From positions 2,304,001-2,368,000 of the forward strand of contig OZ240215.1 in assembly GCA_965197585.1 (NCBI GenBank): a stretch of 64,000 bases of DNA, read 5' to 3'. A model generated the notes under the pieces. It was given only the letters and a program-made list of their open reading frames with translations. It ran no database searches and was not told the DNA's origin. Both the position numbers and the translations under genes were made by a program. This DNA is from Dehalococcoidia bacterium (GTDB lineage Bacteria; Chloroflexota; Dehalococcoidia; Plut-88900). How positions within the stretch are numbered: position 1 is the stretch's first letter; every line of letters begins with the position of its first letter. Positions 58,397-64,000 of this stretch are shown piece by piece.

Positions 58397-59776
58397 ATGA
58401 AAAGTTATGACATAGTCGTCATTGGTGGGGGCCCGGGGGGCTACGTTGCCGCCATCCGCGGGGCCCAGCTAGGCCTCCGCGCTGCCATAGTCGAAAAGGA
58501 AGAGATCGGGGGCCTATGCCTGAACTGGGGCTGCATACCCAGCAAGGCCCTCCTGCGCAACGCCGAGGTCCTTTCTCTCTTCCACCGAGCCAACGAGTTC
58601 GGCATCTCCTTCGACAACCTCACCGTCGATTATGGCAAGGCCGTCGACCGCAGCCGCCAGGTCGTGAAGAGACTGGTAGGCGGCCTGAAGTCCCTTATGA
58701 AACGCTACGGCATCGATGTTATCCCCGGAATGGCCTCGATTCCTGCCCCCGGCCGCGTATTGGTCGACGGCCAGGAAGAGATCGAAGCCGGAGACATCAT
58801 CGTCGCCACCGGCGCCCTCAACAAAGGTCTACCCCCCCTCCCCGTTGACGGCGAACGTATCATCACTACCCGCGAAGCCCTTGCGATGAAGGAGCTTCCC
58901 GGACGCACGGCCATTGTCGGGGGCGGCGCCGCGGGTGCCGAGTTCGCATATCTCTGGTCGACCTACGGCTGCGAGGTTACCATCATCGAGCTCCTGCCCC
59001 ACCTCCTCCCCAACGAGGATCCTGAGATAAGCGAAACTCTCGAAAAGTCCTTCCAGAAACAGGGCATCAATATCATGACCGGCTCCCGTGTCGAGGCTTC
59101 CGACTTCACCAACGGCGTAGGCACCCTCACCGTATCCACCGGCTCCGACACCTCCCAGGTCCACTGCGATAAAGTCCTCGTTGCCGTAGGGCTGGAGGGC
59201 AACGTAGCAGGTACTGGCCTGCCGGAGCTTGGCATTGAGATGCGCAACGGCTTCATCGCCGTCGACGACGTGATGCGCACCAATCTTTCTAATGTATTCG
59301 CCGTCGGAGACGTCACCGGCGCTCCTCTCCTCGCCCACACGGCCTTCGCCCAGGGCCACATCGCCGTCGAGACCATCGCCGGCCTCCCGACAACTAAGCT
59401 GGTCTCTGAAAACATACCCAAGGCAACCTACTGCCAACCCCAGGTCGCCAGCGTCGGCATTACCGAGGCCCAGGCTCGAGAGCGCGGCCTCGACGTCAAG
59501 GTCGGCAAGTTCCCCTTCATGGCCAGCGGGAAAGCCCTCGGACTGGGTGACAGGGAGGGGTTCGTAAAAGTCGTTGCCGGGGCAGAATACGGCGAGATAC
59601 TTGGAGCCCATATGATCGGGCCGGAGGTTACGGAGCTTCTGGGAGAGGTGTCGGTGGCCCAGGCCCTCGATGCGACGGTCGAGGACATCGGCCTAGCTAT
59701 ACACCCCCACCCCACCCTTTCCGAAGCGCTTAAAGAAGCAGCCCTGGCAGCAATGGGCCAGGTTATTCACATGTAG
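58397..59776 (+). CDS. lpdA: Dihydrolipoamide dehydrogenase (E3)
   Basis: GGGPGGYVAA, CLNWGCIPSK, HPHPTLSE. Confidence 0.96.
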   Translation: MKSYDIVVIGGGPGGYVAAIRGAQLGLRAAIVEKEEIGGLCLNWGCIPSKALLRNAEVLSLFHRANEFGISFDNLTVDYGKAVDRSRQVVKRLVGGLKSLMKRYGIDVIPGMASIPAPGRVLVDGQEEIEAGDIIVATGALNKGLPPLPVDGERIITTREALAMKELPGRTAIVGGGAAGAEFAYLWSTYGCEVTIIELLPHLLPNEDPEISETLEKSFQKQGINIMTGSRVEASDFTNGVGTLTVSTGSDTSQVHCDKVLVAVGLEGNVAGTGLPELGIEMRNGFIAVDDVMRTNLSNVFAVGDVTGAPLLAHTAFAQGHIAVETIAGLPTTKLVSENIPKATYCQPQVASVGITEAQARERGLDVKVGKFPFMASGKALGLGDREGFVKVVAGAEYGEILGAHMIGPEVTELLGEVSVAQALDATVEDIGLAIHPHPTLSEALKEAALAAMGQVIHM

Positions 59777-59794
59777 CGGGACGCGGAGCAGGCC

Positions 59795-60775
59795 ATGAAA
59801 GTACTCAGCAAGCCCATCATGGAAAAATGGCAGTATACGGACCTCCTCAAACAGATGCTGCTCATCCGCAGATTTGAGGAGAAGGCCGCCGAAATGTACA
59901 TGAGAGGCAAAATCGGCGGGTTTCTGCACCTGTACATAGGCGAAGAGGCCATGGCCGTAGGCTCGATTTCTACTCTGAAACCCCAGGACTACATAGTCAG
60001 CCACTACCGGGAGCACGGCCACGCCCTCGCCCGGGGCATCGAGCCCCAACGCATAATGGCCGAGCTCTTCGGTCGTGCCACCGGCACCAGCAAGGGCAAG
60101 GGCGGCTCCATGCACCTGTTCGATGCCGAACGAGGCTTCCTGGGGGGCTACGCCATAGTCGGCGGCATGATGCCCATAGCAGTGGGCCTCGGCCTCGCTG
60201 CCCAGCAGCAGGGCAACGATAGTGTGACCCTCTGCTTCTTCGGCGACGGCGCAGTCAACGAGGGCGAGTTCCACGAGTCCCTCAACCTCGCCGCCCTATG
60301 GAACCTGCCCGTCGTCTTCTTCTGCGAAAACAACGGCTATGGCATGGGCTCCCCCATCTCCGACACCTTCGCCGGCACCGATATCTTCCGCTTCGCTCCC
60401 GTCTACGGCATCAACACCCCCGGCAAGATCGACGGCATGGACGTTTTCGAGGTAATGGAAGCGACCAGGGAAGCCGTCGACCGCGCCCGCAAGGGCCAGG
60501 GGCCCACTTTCATTGAGGCGATCTCCTACCGCTTCCGAGGCCACTCAATGGCCGACCCTATGGTCTACCGCAAGAAGACCGAGGAAGAGGAGTGGCGCAA
60601 CAAGGGTCCCATTGTCCGCATGAAACGCCACATGGAAGAGCTTGGCTTGCTGGACGAAGCCGAAATGAAGGCCTTGGAAGCCGAGATTGACGAAGTTATT
60701 GAGGACGCCGTCCGCTTCGCCGACGAAAGCCCCGTCCTCCCCTACGAATCCATCTCCGACGACGTATACGCCTAG
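59795..60775 (+). CDS. pdhA: Pyruvate dehydrogenase E1 alpha
   Basis: GGFLHLYIGEEA, GKGGSMH, GDGAVNEG..N, YRFRGHSMADP. Confidence 0.93.
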   Translation: MKVLSKPIMEKWQYTDLLKQMLLIRRFEEKAAEMYMRGKIGGFLHLYIGEEAMAVGSISTLKPQDYIVSHYREHGHALARGIEPQRIMAELFGRATGTSKGKGGSMHLFDAERGFLGGYAIVGGMMPIAVGLGLAAQQQGNDSVTLCFFGDGAVNEGEFHESLNLAALWNLPVVFFCENNGYGMGSPISDTFAGTDIFRFAPVYGINTPGKIDGMDVFEVMEATREAVDRARKGQGPTFIEAISYRFRGHSMADPMVYRKKTEEEEWRNKGPIVRMKRHMEELGLLDEAEMKALEAEIDEVIEDAVRFADESPVLPYESISDDVYA

Positions 60776-60785
60776 GCCCACCGAC

Positions 60786-61760
60786 ATGGCATCAATTACC
60801 TACAGGAAAGCCATCAGCCGAGTCCTTAAGGAGACCCTGGACAACGACCCCCGCGCCTTCATGATGGGCGAGGATATCGGCACCTATGAAGGGGCCTACG
60901 CCGTCACCAAGGGTTTTCTGGACAAGTACGGCCGAGAGAGGATCAAGGACACGCCCATATCCGAATCAGTGATAGTGGGCGCGGGTATCGGCGCTGCAAT
61001 GGGAGGTTCCCGCCCCATCGTCGAGCTAATGACCATCAACTTCAGCCTGCTTGCCATCGACCAGATCGTTAACAGCGCCGCCAAGCTCCACTACATGTCC
61101 GGCGGCCAGGTCACCGTGCCACTGGTCATTCGCACCGTCAGCGGTGGTGGCAACCAGCTCGCCGCCTCCCACTCCCAGAGCCTCGAGGGCTGGTACGCCC
61201 ACGTCCCCGGTCTCCGCGTAGTCGCACCCTCCACCCCCGCCGACGCCATAGGCCTTTTCAGGACCGCCTACCGTGACCCGAACACTGTTATGTTCATCGA
61301 GCACTCTCTTCTCTACGGGTCCCGAGGCGAAGTCCCCGAAGACCCCGACTTCACCATCCCCTTCGGCAAGGCTGACATCAAGCGCGATGGCTCGGACGTC
61401 ACCATAATCACCTACTCCCGGATGACCAGGGTCTCCCTGGACGCCGCCGAGAAGCTGGCCGAGGAGGGTATAGAGGCTGAGGTGGTGGACCTCCGCAGCC
61501 TGCGCCCCATGGACACCGAAACGATTATCGAGTCGGTGAAAAAGACCAGCCGGGCCGTCGTCGTCGAGGAAGGTTGGAAGCCCATGGGAATCGGCGCAGA
61601 GGTCTCCGCCCTTATCATGGAAAACGCCCTCGAATACCTCGATGCTCCCGTTCAAAGGGTCGCCTCTCTCGACATTCCCATGCCCTACGCCCGTTCCCTG
61701 GAGCAGGCCGCTATGCCCAGCGAAGCCCGAGTCATCGAGGCTGTCCACCGCCTCTTCTAG
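60786..61760 (+). CDS. pdhB: Pyruvate dehydrogenase E1 beta
   Basis: GEDIG, DTPISE, HSQS, DLRSLRP. Confidence 0.93.
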   Translation: MASITYRKAISRVLKETLDNDPRAFMMGEDIGTYEGAYAVTKGFLDKYGRERIKDTPISESVIVGAGIGAAMGGSRPIVELMTINFSLLAIDQIVNSAAKLHYMSGGQVTVPLVIRTVSGGGNQLAASHSQSLEGWYAHVPGLRVVAPSTPADAIGLFRTAYRDPNTVMFIEHSLLYGSRGEVPEDPDFTIPFGKADIKRDGSDVTIITYSRMTRVSLDAAEKLAEEGIEAEVVDLRSLRPMDTETIIESVKKTSRAVVVEEGWKPMGIGAEVSALIMENALEYLDAPVQRVASLDIPMPYARSLEQAAMPSEARVIEAVHRLF

Positions 61761-61816
61761 CTTTTTGCGCCTTTCTACGTATCAGCAATCGCTTAGATTT
61801 CATAGGAGGCAGACCA

Positions 61817-63037
61817 TTGGCCACCGACGTAATAATGCCCCAGATGGGCTTCGATATGGAGGAGGGCACCGTCGTCCGCTGGCTCAAGGCGGAAGGCGAT
61901 AACGTCGACAGGGGCGAACCCATCGTCGAGATAGAGACCGACAAGGCTACCGTAGAAGTCGAGTCCTTCGCCTCCGGTCTCCTGCGTCGTATCGTAGTCA
62001 CGGAAGGCATCACCGTACCCGTCGGCCAGATCATTGGCATCATCGCCTCCGCCGACGAAGACCTCCCCCAAATCCCCTCTCCCTCGATGGGAGAGGGTCA
62101 GGGTGAGGGTGACTCTCCCACCCCCTCCACCGCAGCCACTCCTGCATCAGTTATTTCTAAGCCTACCCCCACTCCCCCCACCCCCTCCAAGGGCGACCGC
62201 ATTCTCGTATCCCCCTTGGCAAAACGCATAGCCGAGGAGAAGGGCGTAGACCTTTCCACAGTCACGGGCACGGGGCCCAAAGGCAGAATCACCAAAGAGG
62301 ACGTCCTCGCCGCCGCCGAGGCAGACCAGGTCCCGGCCCCCGCACCGTCAGCAGTGGCAGATGTCACCGAGCTCTCCAGGATGCGCCAGACCATCGCCCG
62401 GCGCATGACCCAGAGCAAGCAGGAGATGCCCCACTTCTACGTCACCGCCAGCATAGACATGACCCGCGCCATGGCCCTCCGCGAGGAGCTCAACGAGCTC
62501 TGGACAGGCGAGGCCCGCCTCACCGTCAACGACCTTATCATCAAGGCCTCCGCCCTTGCCCTCGCCAAGTTCCCTGCCTTCAACTCCCACTACGCTGACG
62601 GCAAGATAAAGCACAACCCTTCTCTCAACATCGGCGTCGCCATAGCGCTGGAAGACGGCCTCATCGCCCCCGCCATCCTCGACTGCGGAGGCAGGAGCCT
62701 GAAAGATATCTCGGCGGCCAGCCGGGACCTTAGCACCCGGGCCCGAAATGGAGTCCTCAAGCCCCAGGAGTACACCGAGGCCACCATAGCCATAAGCAAC
62801 CTCGGAATGTTCCAGATCGATAGTTTCATCGCCATCATCAACCCCAAGCAGAGCGCCAGCATCGCCGTGGGAAGCGTGACGAAACAACCCGTCGTCCGGG
62901 ACGGCCAGATCACCATCGCCGACATCATGCAGTGCACCATCTCCGCCGACCACCGCGTCGTCAACGGCGCAGAGGCCGCCCAGTTCGTCAACGAGATCAA
63001 GGCCTACCTGGAAAAACCCTCCAGCCTCCTCCTTTAG
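61817..63037 (+). CDS. pdhC: Dihydrolipoamide acetyltransferase (E2)
   Basis: TTG start after AGGAGG; ETDKA lipoyl site, GTGPKGRI, DHRVVNG. Confidence 0.93.
   Translation: MATDVIMPQMGFDMEEGTVVRWLKAEGDNVDRGEPIVEIETDKATVEVESFASGLLRRIVVTEGITVPVGQIIGIIASADEDLPQIPSPSMGEGQGEGDSPTPSTAATPASVISKPTPTPPTPSKGDRILVSPLAKRIAEEKGVDLSTVTGTGPKGRITKEDVLAAAEADQVPAPAPSAVADVTELSRMRQTIARRMTQSKQEMPHFYVTASIDMTRAMALREELNELWTGEARLTVNDLIIKASALALAKFPAFNSHYADGKIKHNPSLNIGVAIALEDGLIAPAILDCGGRSLKDISAASRDLSTRARNGVLKPQEYTEATIAISNLGMFQIDSFIAIINPKQSASIAVGSVTKQPVVRDGQITIADIMQCTISADHRVVNGAEAAQFVNEIKAYLEKPSSLLL
62074..62112. repeat. CCCTCTCCC repeat located in frame inside the pdhC linker
   Basis: cccctctccctcgatgggagagggtcagggtgagggtga, encoding PSPSMGEGQGEG. 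Confidence 0.85.
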
Positions 63038-63073
63038 TTTCCATGTCGAGGGCGGTGGTGGGCGTCCTTTTAT

Positions 63074-63118
63074 CCCCTCTCCCTTGACGGGAGAGGGTTA
63101 GGGTGAGGGTGAGGGTGA
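63074..63118. repeat. CCCTCTCCC palindromic repeat
   Basis: cccctctcccttgacgggagagggttagggtgagggtgagggtga. Confidence 0.8.
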
Positions 63119-63126
63119 ATCCACCC

Positions 63127-64000
63127 ATGAAAATCAAATCCGTCCACGCAGCCCCAATAACCAACGACAGGGTCCTCTGCGGCCCCGAGACCCCCAAGGC
63201 CGACTGGTATCATGAAATCTCCACCAGGGGTGGTGTCTGGGCATCCAATCGGGTCCCGCCCTGGGGCCATGTCGCCTGCGTCATCACCGCCGAGGACGGA
63301 ACGTGGGGCCTGGGCATGACCAGCAACGCTGGGCCTGTTGCCTCCATCATCAACGATCATTACGCGACCTTCCTGACCGGCGAGAACTGCATGGCCACCG
63401 AGAAGCTGTGGACCTTGATGGTCGACTCCTCCGTCCATTACAGCGCCGCGGGCCTCGCGGGCTACGCCATCAGCGCCGTTGACCTGGCCCTATGGGACCT
63501 CAAGGGCAAGCTGCTCGGCAGGCCCGTCTACGAACTCCTGGGAGGCCCCATCCAGGATGCCCTCTTCTGCTATGCCACCGGCCACGACATCGAGTGGTAC
63601 AAGGAGCTCGGGTTTCGGGCAGCCAAGCTGGGGCTTCCCGCCTCCGAGACCCATGACCCCGGCATAATCGGCGAAACTGAAGACACCATCGCCGCCGCCC
63701 GCGAGGCCCTCGGCCCGGACCGAGAACTCATGCTCGACTGCTACGCCGTAACCTCGGACCAGGACTTCATCGTACGCCTCGCCGAACGCCTGCGGCCCTA
63801 CAATCTCAAGTGGATCGAAGACTACCTGCTCCCGGAAGACCTTCAAGGCTACGATTCGGTGCGGCGTCGGCTCCCGTGGCAGACCCTCGCCTCGGGTGAG
63901 CGCTGGTACATGCTGGCGCCATTTTCCGCGGCGGCAGCGGGGCACCTCGTAGACATCATGCAGCCGGACATCCGTTACGCCGGAGGTATGACCGCATGCG
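63127..64000 (+). CDS. Mandelate racemase/enolase-superfamily dehydratase (L-rhamnonate dehydratase-like), partial
   Basis: Manual translation: AISAVDLALWDLKGKLLGRPVYELLGG, YATG, AKL, LMLDC, WIED, GERWY, QPD. Confidence 0.85.
   Translation, partial: MKIKSVHAAPITNDRVLCGPETPKADWYHEISTRGGVWASNRVPPWGHVACVITAEDGTWGLGMTSNAGPVASIINDHYATFLTGENCMATEKLWTLMVDSSVHYSAAGLAGYAISAVDLALWDLKGKLLGRPVYELLGGPIQDALFCYATGHDIEWYKELGFRAAKLGLPASETHDPGIIGETEDTIAAAREALGPDRELMLDCYAVTSDQDFIVRLAERLRPYNLKWIEDYLLPEDLQGYDSVRRRLPWQTLASGERWYMLAPFSAAAAGHLVDIMQPDIRYAGGMTAC

Overview
GC-rich bacterial chromosomal window. Gene content and protein style suggest Chloroflexota (Dehalococcoidia/SAR202-like, possibly a sponge symbiont); this taxonomy is inference. 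Core and metabolic genes: nfeD-like (partial), gyrA, RNase D/HRDC, soxBDAG-metF, Lhr-type helicase, a ribA/ribD-dehydrogenase-PTPS-glycosyltransferase-methyltransferase cluster, aapJQMP-like and znuACB-like ABC transporters, and lipA-lpdA-pdhABC. Accessory material: an AT-richer GNAT-PIN-PUA + ASCH two-gene island, a sterol-24-C-methyltransferase-like gene between ~100-bp direct repeats next to an IS1182 remnant, intact and decayed toxin-antitoxin modules, and several families of short palindromic repeats, including a 21-nt insert that lands inside other repeats. The most unexplained feature is a pair of homologous ~650-720 bp non-coding elements (~1307-2030 and ~46491-47115). Each has a sigma70-like promoter overlapped by a LexA-like box, conserved 5' sequence blocks, and a hairpin-rich core of unrelated sequence closed by a long covarying stem. 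This is a candidate undescribed SOS-inducible large structured RNA family. No rRNA, tRNA or CRISPR array was seen.
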